NCBI GenBank assembly: GCA_964348915.1 | Contig: CAYGEM010000002.1 | Span: 13,617 to 64,300, forward strand | DNA length: 50,684 nucleotides | Origin: an uncultured Candidatus Saccharibacteria bacterium | GTDB lineage: Bacteria; Patescibacteriota; Minisyncoccia; UBA6257; Colwellbacteraceae | Direction: 5' to 3' | Part shown: piece after piece, positions 1 to 8,661 of the stretch | Numbering within the stretch: position 1 is the stretch's first letter | Layout: every line of letters starts with the position of its first letter | The notes under the pieces: model-generated | Told to the model about the DNA's origin: nothing | Seen by the model: only the letters and a program-made list of their open reading frames with translations | Database searches by the model: none | Position numbers and translations under genes: made by a program

Positions 1-68
1 AGGAGTACCACCAGGAGTACCACCAGGAGTACCACCAGGAGTACCACCAGGAGTACCACCAGGAGTAG
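1..68. repeat. 12-nt tandem repeat AGGAGTACCACC, 5 perfect copies plus a partial one; encodes (GGTP)n on the minus strand
   Basis: Bases 1-60 are five identical 12-mers. Bases 61-68 begin a sixth copy that diverges. The repeat is in frame with the 1..1686 minus-strand ORF. Confidence 0.95.
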
Positions 69-1686
69 GAGGAGTCCAGCGTCTCCATGGAAAAGGTCTC
101 GGAGAAGGTCCCGTAGGCCTTCTGGCCCAGCGCGCACTCGCTCCTGCCGCTATTTTCCTCGCAGTCATTCTTGCCGCGCTGCCAAGTACGGCCGGAGTCA
201 TTGCCCCGGCTATAGCAAAGGCCTTATCAGCTCCGGCTATGCCCATTTTTTTTGCCGCAAACAATCCTCCGAAAAGCAAGACAAGAATAACTATTAATTT
301 TCCCATAAAAGCGAGAAACCCTTGTTTATAGAGTTCTTCCGGGTTGTTGAACGAGCTCTCCAGCAAGATTTTCACCAAATATAAGAAAAAAGAAAAGACA
401 GGCAGGAAAATTATCCATTTAATAAAAGTGGACCACCATTCTTTCCAAAGGTTGCCGAGGTCGCCTCCTAATTTGGGGAAAATAAAACTTAACCACACAA
501 GCGGAGAGAAAATTATAAGAATACTTAAGGTTACATAACGGACAGCAAGCGCCCAGATCAAAAAGATTATATTTATAGCGGCAACAAGAGAAATAATCGC
601 GGCGAAAAAGAGATTAAATATCGGTGAAATTAATTCCCTTATGAGGAAATTGTTCTCTTCTCTTTCAGTGATCTTTTCTAGGGTGTCGCGCATGGAAAAA
701 AGATTAAAGCGCTTCCAATAAGAGAGAGTGAATTCCTCTACCGGACCATCCATCGCAACTCCTGGCGAGGTTCCTGTATTTTGCGTCGGGAGGTCGGCGT
801 TTATAGAACACACTTCTCTTCCGAGAAAGGCCGAAGTTATTGAATTCGAAACATTTAGGAAAAGACCAATGAAAAACAAACTAAAATTTATTAAAAGCAC
901 GGCTATTATCAGCTTAGCCAAGGCATCTTTCATCGCATACCCCTTCAATCGCAATATAGTGGCAAAGCCGATTATGACCAAAACCAGGACAAACCCGACA
1001 TTTGTCAATCCTAAAGTTATACGGAAACCGGTACCTACAACCCCGCTGGCGAGTGCACCGCAATTTAGGGCAAAAAGACCTCCAGCCAATACGAGGCCGA
1101 ACCACAGAATTAATGAAACGGCGACTCCGATTAGCAGCATATTAAACCAAACAGCCAGGAGGGAATCCATTAAGTTGTCCGCTCCTCCAAACACAATCGA
1201 AATTCCGGCGCCAATTGGTATGTTGAGCGGCGCCCAGTCTTCTACGGCCTCTACAAGATTAGCGAGGACATAAGTAGCTAGCTTACCCACTAAAGCCCAG
1301 ACAAAAAGTCCTCCGAATTTCACTAGGGCCGACGTGAGAGTGATATCGTTCTCGTCGGCCGACTCTGGTTTTTCGAACGCTGTTGAATATTCTGTAAGAG
1401 CTCCGCCAACATTCCTAGCTTTGGTACATGTATTTTTATAGCAAACAAACTTGTCGGCGCAGTCTTCACTATCTATACAATTAGTAGCGCCATCTTCACC
1501 CTTTATCCCCGGAATAATGCATCGTCCATCGAAGGTGCACTCTGCCCCCACAGGATAAATGCAAGGTCTATCAGTCTCGCATTCGCCGACTTGAGCATCG
1601 AGTGCCGCAAAAACAGGCATTATCGGCATTACCTGCGAAAGGGAGAAAACTATTAAGATGAAGAATAAAACTCCTCGTTTATTCAT
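1..1686 (-). CDS. Secreted/multi-pass integral membrane protein, C-terminus runs off the window (at least 562 codons). Cys-rich N-terminal ectodomain, several hydrophobic spans, Pro/Gly/Thr repeat tail. Possibly TrbL/VirB6-like.
   Basis: Hand translation of the reverse strand from the ATG at 1686 gives MNKRGVLFFILIVFSLSQVMPIMPVFAALDAQVGECETDRPCIYPVGAECTFDGRC... with no stop down to base 1. It is missing from the ORF track because there is no stop inside the window. Signal-peptide-like start, 8 Cys in the first ~90 aa, long hydrophobic stretches, and an end of ...WTPPTP(GGTP)5. The family assignment is a guess from architecture only. Confidence 0.8.
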   Translation of the reverse strand, partial: MNKRGVLFFILIVFSLSQVMPIMPVFAALDAQVGECETDRPCIYPVGAECTFDGRCIIPGIKGEDGATNCIDSEDCADKFVCYKNTCTKARNVGGALTEYSTAFEKPESADENDITLTSALVKFGGLFVWALVGKLATYVLANLVEAVEDWAPLNIPIGAGISIVFGGADNLMDSLLAVWFNMLLIGVAVSLILWFGLVLAGGLFALNCGALASGVVGTGFRITLGLTNVGFVLVLVIIGFATILRLKGYAMKDALAKLIIAVLLINFSLFFIGLFLNVSNSITSAFLGREVCSINADLPTQNTGTSPGVAMDGPVEEFTLSYWKRFNLFSMRDTLEKITEREENNFLIRELISPIFNLFFAAIISLVAAINIIFLIWALAVRYVTLSILIIFSPLVWLSFIFPKLGGDLGNLWKEWWSTFIKWIIFLPVFSFFLYLVKILLESSFNNPEELYKQGFLAFMGKLIVILVLLFGGLFAAKKMGIAGADKAFAIAGAMTPAVLGSAARMTARKIAAGASARWARRPTGPSPRPFPWRRWTPPTPGGTPGGTPGGTPGGTPGGTP

Positions 1687-1692
1687 ACTTTT

Positions 1693-2469
1693 TTAAAGTA
1701 TATCATTTTTCAACAAGCTTGCTAACAAAATAATCATTTTCATGTTTAAATTTTGAGGCCTCGAAGAAGGGACAAGCCCTGCTTTTTTAAGTTCTTCCAC
1801 AGTTCCTTCTCCGTGGTTTCTGGAGATTGCCAGTAAATTATTCAAAATCGTTTTTCTTGGCTGTTTGAATAAAATTTTGACGAACCGATAATACTGGTCG
1901 GGATTTTTTGTTTTCTTCGGGAAAAGCCGGATTATGGCCGAATCTACTTCAGGCGGAGGAGAGAATTTTTGACGGGGAATGGAGCCGATAATTTCCGGGT
2001 CGGCCCAGAATTGGGTGATGGCGGCGAGAAGATTCATCCGGGGCGGTTGGGCAACTATCCTTTCCGCCACCTCTTTCTGGACGGTGAGGACAATGATTTC
2101 CGGCTTATTTTTCAGCTCGCTCAATACGCGGAGCAATCGGCCGGTGATGTAAAAGGGAATATTGCCGATGAGTTTGTAGCGCCGGAGCCGGAGAGAGGAC
2201 AGGGCTTTTAGAATGTCGGCATTAACGACTTCAATTTTGACGCCATCCGGAAGATGAGAGAAATGTTGAAGGAGAGAGTCGGCGAGGAGCTTATCCTTTT
2301 CAATCGCGATTATTTTTTTAGGGTGATATTCAATAAGATGGCGGGTGAGCTCGCCGTGTCCCGGCCCGATTTCAACAACAACATCGGTTTTTTTTATTTC
2401 CAAACCAGCGGCGATTTTCTCGAGCGCCTCTTCGTCTTCCAAGAAATGCTGTCCTAGTTTGCGGGGCAT
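1693..2469 (-). CDS. rsmA: 16S rRNA (adenine1518/1519-N6)-dimethyltransferase RsmA/KsgA
   Basis: 258 aa. N-terminal LGQHFL and the SAM-binding motif VVEIGPGHGELT are typical of KsgA. Confidence 0.9.
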   Translation of the reverse strand: MPRKLGQHFLEDEEALEKIAAGLEIKKTDVVVEIGPGHGELTRHLIEYHPKKIIAIEKDKLLADSLLQHFSHLPDGVKIEVVNADILKALSSLRLRRYKLIGNIPFYITGRLLRVLSELKNKPEIIVLTVQKEVAERIVAQPPRMNLLAAITQFWADPEIIGSIPRQKFSPPPEVDSAIIRLFPKKTKNPDQYYRFVKILFKQPRKTILNNLLAISRNHGEGTVEELKKAGLVPSSRPQNLNMKMIILLASLLKNDIL

Positions 2470-2495
2470 ATATAAATTATATTTCTTGGCCGGAC

Positions 2496-4250
2496 TTAAT
2501 CCAAATAGATTTCATCCTCCCTTTTCAGATTGGACTCGCCGCGAAAATCGATGATCTCCGGCGGGATTTCGTACAAGAAGCGCGAAGCCGGACCGTAGAA
2601 GCTGATACAGAGCCGTTTTTTGGCCCGGGTCATCCCTACATACATCAAACGTCTTTCTTCTTCCAAGTCGTATTTTTTGAGCAGGGATCTTTGATGAGGA
2701 AGAATTCCCTCGGTCGCGCCGGCAAGGAAAACATTTTCGAATTCCAATCCTTTGGCCAAATGGATGGTCATTAATTTTACGCGCTCGGTCGAACGGATAT
2801 TCTTTTTCAGAGAATCGCCGGACTGGAAAAGGGAGATCCTTTCCAAAAATTCTGCGAGCGAGGAAAAATCTCCGGCAAAATTGATAAGCTCGCCCAGGTT
2901 CTCTTTTCTTTCTTCGGCGTTCGGGAACTTCGATAAGAGAAGATTTTCATAGTCGCTGGTTTTAAGGAAAAAGCCGATGATCTCCAGAGGAGAGCTATTT
3001 TCGGCGAGAAGAGGCAGGCGGTCAATGAGTTCTTTGGAGACAGCGCGCCGGAAATTGGTTTCCAGCCGGTTGCGGCTGACTTCGTCTTTGGGATTATTGG
3101 CGAAACGGAGGCCGGCAACCAGGTCTTTAATTTCATACCGTTCATAGAATTTGAGCCCGCCGAATATTTCGTAGCCGATATCGGAGGAGATGAGTGATTG
3201 TTCGATTTGGCGCGACTGGGCGTTGGTGCGGTAGAGGATGGCGGTTTCTTCGGGATGAGCCAGGCCGGCGATTATATCGGCGAGATAGTCGGCCTCTTCT
3301 TCCGGGTGATTAAAGCCGCGAATTTTCACCGGTTCGCCCGGTTCGTTTTTTGTCCAGAGATTTTTGGGACGCTGGAGAGTATTTTGAGAGATGACCGCGC
3401 CGGCGGCGGAAAGGATGTTTCCCGAAGAGCGGTAATTTTGGTCGAGAACGATGACCTTGGCGTCCGGCCAGTCGTTTTCGAAATTCAGGAAATTTCGGAA
3501 ATCCGAGCCGCGAAAACTGTAAATACTCTGCTGGTCGTCGCCGACCACGCTTAGACGCCGGTGTTTTTCGGCAAGGAGCTTGATAAAAAGATACTGACTG
3601 GAATTGATATCTTGGTATTCGTCAACAAGGATGTAAGCAAACCGGCGGCGATACTTCTCGAGTATTTCCGGGGAGGAGATAAATAAGCACACCGGTTTTT
3701 CAATCAAGTCGTCGAAATCAAAAGCATTCTGTCGGTTGAGCGACTTTTCGTAGGACTCAAAAATCAGACGAATTTTTTCATCTTCTTCCTCCCAAGAGAG
3801 AAACTCATTTTTGACTTTAGACACGCGGTCACGGACAGCCGGCAGAAAAAGTTTTTCCTTGAAATCGGCGTTTTTCAGAATTGCTTTTATGACTTTTTCC
3901 GAGTCATCGTTGTCAAAAATAGCAAAGTTGGGGCGCCGGCCCAATTTTTCCGCTTCTTCCCGCAGAATGCGGCTACCCAAGGAATGGAAGGTGCCGATGA
4001 ACGGACTTACGGATCCTTTCAGATAAGAAGAGAGGCGATTTTTCATTTCCCCGGCCGCCTTATTGGTAAAAGTAATGGCGATGATTTTGTTTGGCGGAAT
4101 TCCCTGTTCGATAAAATAGGCCAGACGGTTGGTCAGGGTGCGGGTTTTACCCGAGCCGGCGCCGGCGGTAATGAGCAGGGGAACGTGAGGCGCGAAAGCG
4201 GCCTCCTCTTGTTTTGGGTCGAGTTTTTGATTCACTCCACCAATGTACAC
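2496..4250 (-). CDS. UvrD/PcrA/Rep-family ATP-dependent DNA helicase (short form, 584 aa)
   Basis: Walker A AGAGSGKTRTL, motif II VDEYQDIN, and the late motifs TIHLAKGLEF and YVGMTRAKKRL. GTG start. Confidence 0.9.
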   Translation of the reverse strand: MYIGGVNQKLDPKQEEAAFAPHVPLLITAGAGSGKTRTLTNRLAYFIEQGIPPNKIIAITFTNKAAGEMKNRLSSYLKGSVSPFIGTFHSLGSRILREEAEKLGRRPNFAIFDNDDSEKVIKAILKNADFKEKLFLPAVRDRVSKVKNEFLSWEEEDEKIRLIFESYEKSLNRQNAFDFDDLIEKPVCLFISSPEILEKYRRRFAYILVDEYQDINSSQYLFIKLLAEKHRRLSVVGDDQQSIYSFRGSDFRNFLNFENDWPDAKVIVLDQNYRSSGNILSAAGAVISQNTLQRPKNLWTKNEPGEPVKIRGFNHPEEEADYLADIIAGLAHPEETAILYRTNAQSRQIEQSLISSDIGYEIFGGLKFYERYEIKDLVAGLRFANNPKDEVSRNRLETNFRRAVSKELIDRLPLLAENSSPLEIIGFFLKTSDYENLLLSKFPNAEERKENLGELINFAGDFSSLAEFLERISLFQSGDSLKKNIRSTERVKLMTIHLAKGLEFENVFLAGATEGILPHQRSLLKKYDLEEERRLMYVGMTRAKKRLCISFYGPASRFLYEIPPEIIDFRGESNLKREDEIYLD

Positions 4251-4285
4251 TTACCCGCCAGCCAATGACAAATAAGTTTTAAAAA

Positions 4286-5827
4286 TCACGCTAGATACTC
4301 GGTTCTCAATCGATACTGAAAGGCCTCGGCGACGTGGTCCAATCCGACTTGTCCGGATTCTTCCAGGTCGGCGATGGTGCGGCTCACTTTAAGCAGGCGG
4401 AAATAACCGCGGGCGGACAAAAGGGAACGGTCGAACGCTTTTTTGATGAATTCATCCGCTTCTTTGGTCAGACCGACGATTTTTTCGCACATTTTGGAGC
4501 TCATTTCATTGTTGGAAAAAGCGTTTTCTCCCCGGTCAAGAAATCTTTTTCTTTGCAATTCGCGCGCTTTTCGGACAGTGTCTTTTATCTCCGAGGAATT
4601 CTTTTCCGGAGAAGAGCGAAGATGTTCCATTTTCAGGCGGGGGACGGAAATTTGGATGTCGATGCGGTCGAGCAAGGGGCCGGAGATTTTTTTCTGGTAG
4701 CGGAAAATTTCATAAGCGCTGCAACGACATTCTTTTTCCGGGTCGTTGTAATAACCGCAGGGGCAGGGGTTCATGGCGGCGACAAATTGGAAACGGGCCG
4801 GAAAAACAAGGCTGTCTTTGATGCGGGAAACGGTGATGTAGCCGGCCTCGAGGGGCTGTCTTAAGGCCTCGAGAATGTCTCTCCTGAATTCAGGAAGTTC
4901 GTCCAAGAAAAGTACTCCGCGATGGGCCAAACTTATTTCTCCCGGCCGGGGATTCGCGCCGCCGCCGACGATCGCGGCGACTGAAGCGGAATGGTGCGGC
5001 TGGCGGAACGGCCGGAAATTTACGCGGGGAATTTCTTCGGAGAGAAGCCCGGCGGCGCTCCAGATTTTGGATATTTCGATAATTTCTTCAATGACCAGAG
5101 GGGGTAGAATCGACGGTAAGGATTTGGCCAGCATGGTTTTTCCCGAGCCCGGCGGCCCGACCATAAGCAAGTTATGTCCGCCGGCCGCGGCGATGATGAG
5201 GGCGCGTTTCGCCGCCTCCTGACCCCGGATATCGGCTATATCGATTTCCGGGAACGACTCTTCCCTTGGCTGATTCGGCGGGACAGCAGGGAGGACGTTT
5301 TTTTCTTCAAGATGGTCGATGACCTGGAGCAGGTTTTCCGCCGGACAGACGTTAATACCCGCGATAAGAGAGGCCTCGGCGGCGTTGGTTTTAGGTAAAA
5401 TCAATTCCCGAAATCCTTTTTTGACGCCGAGAGAGGCGACGCTCAAAGCGCCTCGCACCGGCCGGAGGCCGCCGTCCAGAGAAAGTTCGCCGAGGAAAAG
5501 CCGCTGGTCGGCGGCGAAATTTTTTATCTGGCCGGACGAAAGCAAATAACCGACGGCGATGGCCAAATCATATTGCGAGCCGGTCTTTTGTAAGTTCGCC
5601 GGAGCCAAACTCACGGTGATTTTGCGATTTTCCCGGTTCGGCGGCTTAAAGCCGCTGTTCTTCAAGGCGGAATTGACCCTTTCTTTAGCTTCGGAAAGGG
5701 CCTTATCGGCCAATCCGACGATAGCGAAACTATGCAGGCCGACATTGGTGTCAACCTCGATTTCGATTAATTGGGCATCGACTCCTTCTAACTCCGAGGA
5801 AAAAACGCGAGCCAGCATCCCCGGCAT
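4286..5827 (-). CDS. YifB/ComM-family Mg-chelatase-like AAA+ protein
   Basis: 513 aa. Lon-protease-like N-terminal domain, Walker A GPPGSGKT, Walker B LFLDELPEF, and a C-terminal ChlI-like region. Confidence 0.9.
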   Translation of the reverse strand: MPGMLARVFSSELEGVDAQLIEIEVDTNVGLHSFAIVGLADKALSEAKERVNSALKNSGFKPPNRENRKITVSLAPANLQKTGSQYDLAIAVGYLLSSGQIKNFAADQRLFLGELSLDGGLRPVRGALSVASLGVKKGFRELILPKTNAAEASLIAGINVCPAENLLQVIDHLEEKNVLPAVPPNQPREESFPEIDIADIRGQEAAKRALIIAAAGGHNLLMVGPPGSGKTMLAKSLPSILPPLVIEEIIEISKIWSAAGLLSEEIPRVNFRPFRQPHHSASVAAIVGGGANPRPGEISLAHRGVLFLDELPEFRRDILEALRQPLEAGYITVSRIKDSLVFPARFQFVAAMNPCPCGYYNDPEKECRCSAYEIFRYQKKISGPLLDRIDIQISVPRLKMEHLRSSPEKNSSEIKDTVRKARELQRKRFLDRGENAFSNNEMSSKMCEKIVGLTKEADEFIKKAFDRSLLSARGYFRLLKVSRTIADLEESGQVGLDHVAEAFQYRLRTEYLA

Positions 5828-5828
5828 T

Positions 5829-6161
5829 TTATTGGAGGGCTTTGTGTTTGCGGCAGTATCTTGACTCCGGGTCGATTTCCAGAATTTCCTTCTCTATTTC
5901 TTCATCGCTGATTTCGCAGATCCCGTAGGTGCCTTCTTTTATTTTTATCAAAGCGGATTTAGCGTCCTCCAGGCGCCGTTTAAGCACTTCTTTTATGCCG
6001 AGCTGGATATCGGCGGAGACAGACTCGTCCGCTTCTTCCTCTTGATCGGCTTGGTCGCCGAAATTAATCACATCGGGAATATTGGCGAGGTCGTTTTCCA
6101 ACCTCCTTTTCAATTCAAGCAATTTATTTTCCGCTTTTTCCAAATCTTTTCGGCTAAGCAT
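5829..6161 (-). CDS. DksA/TraR-like coiled-coil protein (start trimmed to the internal ATG)
   Basis: The track ORF 5829..6329 overlaps ruvA. The ATG at 6161 (MLSRKDLEKAENKLLELKRRLE...) gives 110 aa with a coiled-coil region and a C-terminal GTYGICE...RYCRKHK that resembles the DksA zinc-finger region but has only 2 Cys. Confidence 0.45.
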   Translation of the reverse strand: MLSRKDLEKAENKLLELKRRLENDLANIPDVINFGDQADQEEEADESVSADIQLGIKEVLKRRLEDAKSALIKIKEGTYGICEISDEEIEKEILEIDPESRYCRKHKALQ

Positions 6162-6173
6162 ATAATTAAGTAT

Positions 6174-6734
6174 ATGTTCTACTCGATAAAAGGCAAGCTG
6201 AAAAAGAAGGGAATAAATTTCGTCGCGATTGAAGCCGGGGGCCTGGGTTATCGGATAGTCGTTCCCGCTATCACCTTGAGTTCTCTCCCGAGAGAAGGGG
6301 AGGAGGTCGAGCTTTATTTGCATCTGCATCTGCGCGAGGACGGCGCCGAACTTTTCGGATTTCTCAACGAAGAAGAACTTATTTTTTTTGAGATGCTGAT
6401 ATCCGTTTCAGGAGTGGGGCCGCGGACAGCTTTGGGCATTCTGGGGCTCGCGCCAATGGCGGGATTGAAATCGGCGATAAGGGCCGGGGACGCAGACACA
6501 TTGATTAAGGCCTTCGGAGTCGGCCGGAAAACCGCGGAGAGGATAACTATCGAACTGAAAGACAAGGTTGGCGGAGAAGCGGAGGAAATCGGCGGAGGAA
6601 GATTGGACGTCATTGATGCTCTGGTCGGTTTGGGTTACAGCCGCCGGCAGGCGCAGGAAGCGGTGAGGAAAATTAGCGGCGAAAACAAATCACCGGAAGA
6701 AGTGATAAAGGAAGCGCTGAAGCAGATTAAATGA
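6174..6734 (+). CDS. ruvA: Holliday junction branch migration complex subunit RuvA
   Basis: Start moved to the ATG at 6174 (MFYSIKGKLKKKG...). HhH motifs ISVSGVGPRTALGILG and FGVGRKTAERITIELK, plus a C-terminal domain III (LVGLGYSRRQAQEAV). Confidence 0.9.
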   Translation: MFYSIKGKLKKKGINFVAIEAGGLGYRIVVPAITLSSLPREGEEVELYLHLHLREDGAELFGFLNEEELIFFEMLISVSGVGPRTALGILGLAPMAGLKSAIRAGDADTLIKAFGVGRKTAERITIELKDKVGGEAEEIGGGRLDVIDALVGLGYSRRQAQEAVRKISGENKSPEEVIKEALKQIK

Positions 6735-7150
6735 GCGACTTTCTGCCGGAAGGGGTGACGGAAATTTCTCACACGGCCGACCTGAAAATCGCTATCGAGG
6801 GCAATACTCTGGAAGATATTTTCGGAAAGGCGGCCGCGGCTCTGGCAGGAATAGTTGCCGGAAAAATTCTCAAGGACTTCAACCAAGAAGAAAAAATAAA
6901 AATAACCGCCGGCGAAGAGAGCGCTTTACTAATCGATTTTTTAAACGAGATTATTTCCCGAACGCAAATTAATCGCGCGGTTTATCCGGAGATAGAAATT
7001 TTGGAGCTTTGCGAAAATAGGGCGGAGATAAAATTAAAGGGCGCCCGGGTGGATGATTTTCGAAAAGACGTGAAAGCCGCCACTTACCATGGCGTTAAAA
7101 TTGAGCGGCGAAACGGAAAATTAATAGCCGAAATATTATTTGATGTTTGA
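6731..7150 (+). CDS. Archease (RtcB activator)
   Basis: 139 aa. SHTADLKI motif near the N-terminus and KAATYHGVKIE near the C-terminus. Lies directly upstream of rtcB and overlaps the ruvA stop by 4 nt. Confidence 0.85.
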   Translation: MSDFLPEGVTEISHTADLKIAIEGNTLEDIFGKAAAALAGIVAGKILKDFNQEEKIKITAGEESALLIDFLNEIISRTQINRAVYPEIEILELCENRAEIKLKGARVDDFRKDVKAATYHGVKIERRNGKLIAEILFDV

Positions 7151-7159
7151 TTTCTCAAA

Positions 7160-8575
7160 ATGATTTCTCAAAACGATTTGATAAAAATAAAAGAATTTCT
7201 CTGGGAGATACCTCGGGGATTGAGGAAAGACATGAGGGTGCCGGCGAGATTTTACAGCAACGAAAAAATGCTGGCAGAAGTTTTCAAGGACGAATCCCTT
7301 CAGCAATTAGTAAACCTGACGGCCATGCCGGGAATTAAGAAATATTCTCTGGCCATGCCGGATATTCACGAAGGATACGGCTCGCCGATAGGCGGGGTTT
7401 TCGCCGTGGATGACGAAGAGGGCGTGATTTCCCCCGGAGCCGTCGGCTATGACATAAATTGCGGCGTAAGATTGCTTCTTTCTCCATTTTCCCATGAAGA
7501 GATAAAGAAAGAGATTTCTGGTTTGGCCGAAAAGATTTATCGGAAAGTGCCTTCCGGTTTGGGTCGCGGACAAGAGAAAAAGATATCAGCCGCTGATCTG
7601 GATAATATTCTTCAAAACGGCGCTAAGGCATTTTTGAGGCAGGGATACGCGACCAGCGAGGATATCGAGAATTGCGAGGAGAATGGCGGTCTGGCTTTAG
7701 CCGAGGCGGACAATGTTTCATCAACGGCCAAAGCGAGAGGAGGAAATCAGCTCGGGACACTCGGGAGCGGGAATCATTTTTTGGAAATTCAGAAAGTGGA
7801 AGAAATATTTGACGAAAAAGCAGCGCGGGCATTTGGATTATTCCCAGAGCAGGTCGTCATCATGATTCATACCGGTAGTCGGGGATTAGGACATCAGGTC
7901 GCCACCGACTATATCCGGCTGATGATGAAAGCGATGCCGAAATACAATCTTCATTTGCCGGACAAAGAATTAGCTTCGGCGCCGATTGTTTCGGACGAGG
8001 GAAAAATGTATTTCGGGGCGATGGCCGCGGCGGCCAATTTCGCCTGGGCCAATCGGCAGATGATATCTTTCCTTATCCGCGAGGCCTGGGGAGAGTCAAT
8101 CGGAAAAGGGGAATTGAAGCTTCTCTACGATGTGGCGCACAATATCGCCAAACAAGAGGGCGGGCTGATTGTCCATCGCAAAGGCGCGACCCGGGCCTTT
8201 GCGCCGGGAAGCGAAGATATTCCGGAAAAATACCGGTCGGTCGGCCAGCCGGTTTTGATTCCCGGGTCGATGGGAACTTCTTCGTATGTCTTGGCAGGGA
8301 CTAAAGAAGCCGAGGAGTCGTTTTATTCGACTTGCCACGGCGCCGGCAGAAGAATGTCCCGGCATCAGGCGACGAGGACGTTGAGCGGACAGCGGGTGGC
8401 CGAGGAATTAGGGGAAAAGGGAATTATTATAAAAACTCGTTCTTTGCGAGGGGTGTCCGAAGAAGCGCCCGAGGCCTATAAAGATGTCGACGAGGTGGTG
8501 GGGGTGGTCGATTCAGCCGGCTTATCCAAAAAAGTGGCCCGGCTTCTGCCTCTCGCGGTGATTAAGGGGGAATAA
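7160..8575 (+). CDS. rtcB: RNA 3'-phosphate/2',3'-cyclic phosphate ligase RtcB
   Basis: 471 aa. Motifs GYDINCGVR, GSGNHFLEIQ, HTGSRGLGHQV and CHGAGR. Confidence 0.95.
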   Translation: MISQNDLIKIKEFLWEIPRGLRKDMRVPARFYSNEKMLAEVFKDESLQQLVNLTAMPGIKKYSLAMPDIHEGYGSPIGGVFAVDDEEGVISPGAVGYDINCGVRLLLSPFSHEEIKKEISGLAEKIYRKVPSGLGRGQEKKISAADLDNILQNGAKAFLRQGYATSEDIENCEENGGLALAEADNVSSTAKARGGNQLGTLGSGNHFLEIQKVEEIFDEKAARAFGLFPEQVVIMIHTGSRGLGHQVATDYIRLMMKAMPKYNLHLPDKELASAPIVSDEGKMYFGAMAAAANFAWANRQMISFLIREAWGESIGKGELKLLYDVAHNIAKQEGGLIVHRKGATRAFAPGSEDIPEKYRSVGQPVLIPGSMGTSSYVLAGTKEAEESFYSTCHGAGRRMSRHQATRTLSGQRVAEELGEKGIIIKTRSLRGVSEEAPEAYKDVDEVVGVVDSAGLSKKVARLLPLAVIKGE

Positions 8576-8576
8576 A

Positions 8577-8608
8577 AAGAAAGACCCCGCCGAAGTTCGA
8601 TGGGGTCG
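8577..8608 (-). terminator. Hairpin plus T-run downstream of glmS
   Basis: GACCCC (8583-8588) pairs with GGGGTC (8602-8607). On the minus strand the stem is followed by TCTTTCTTTT. No T-run follows on the plus strand. Confidence 0.5.
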
Positions 8609-8661
8609 AGAGAAAAGATCGTAAGTTACTGTTTCCCACGGTGACATTTTCGGCCAAGCCG

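Noticed and set aside
728-1273. 181-aa plus-strand ORF (and 344..538, 914..1105) at the left end
   Set aside because: Antisense or out of frame relative to an uninterrupted 562-codon minus-strand ORF with coherent membrane-protein features. The translations are low-complexity.
6042-6329. Long N-terminal extensions of RuvA (start 6042) and of the DksA-like ORF (start 6329)
   Set aside because: The two extensions overlap each other on opposite strands. Internal ATGs at 6174 and 6161 give proteins with canonical N-termini and remove the overlap.
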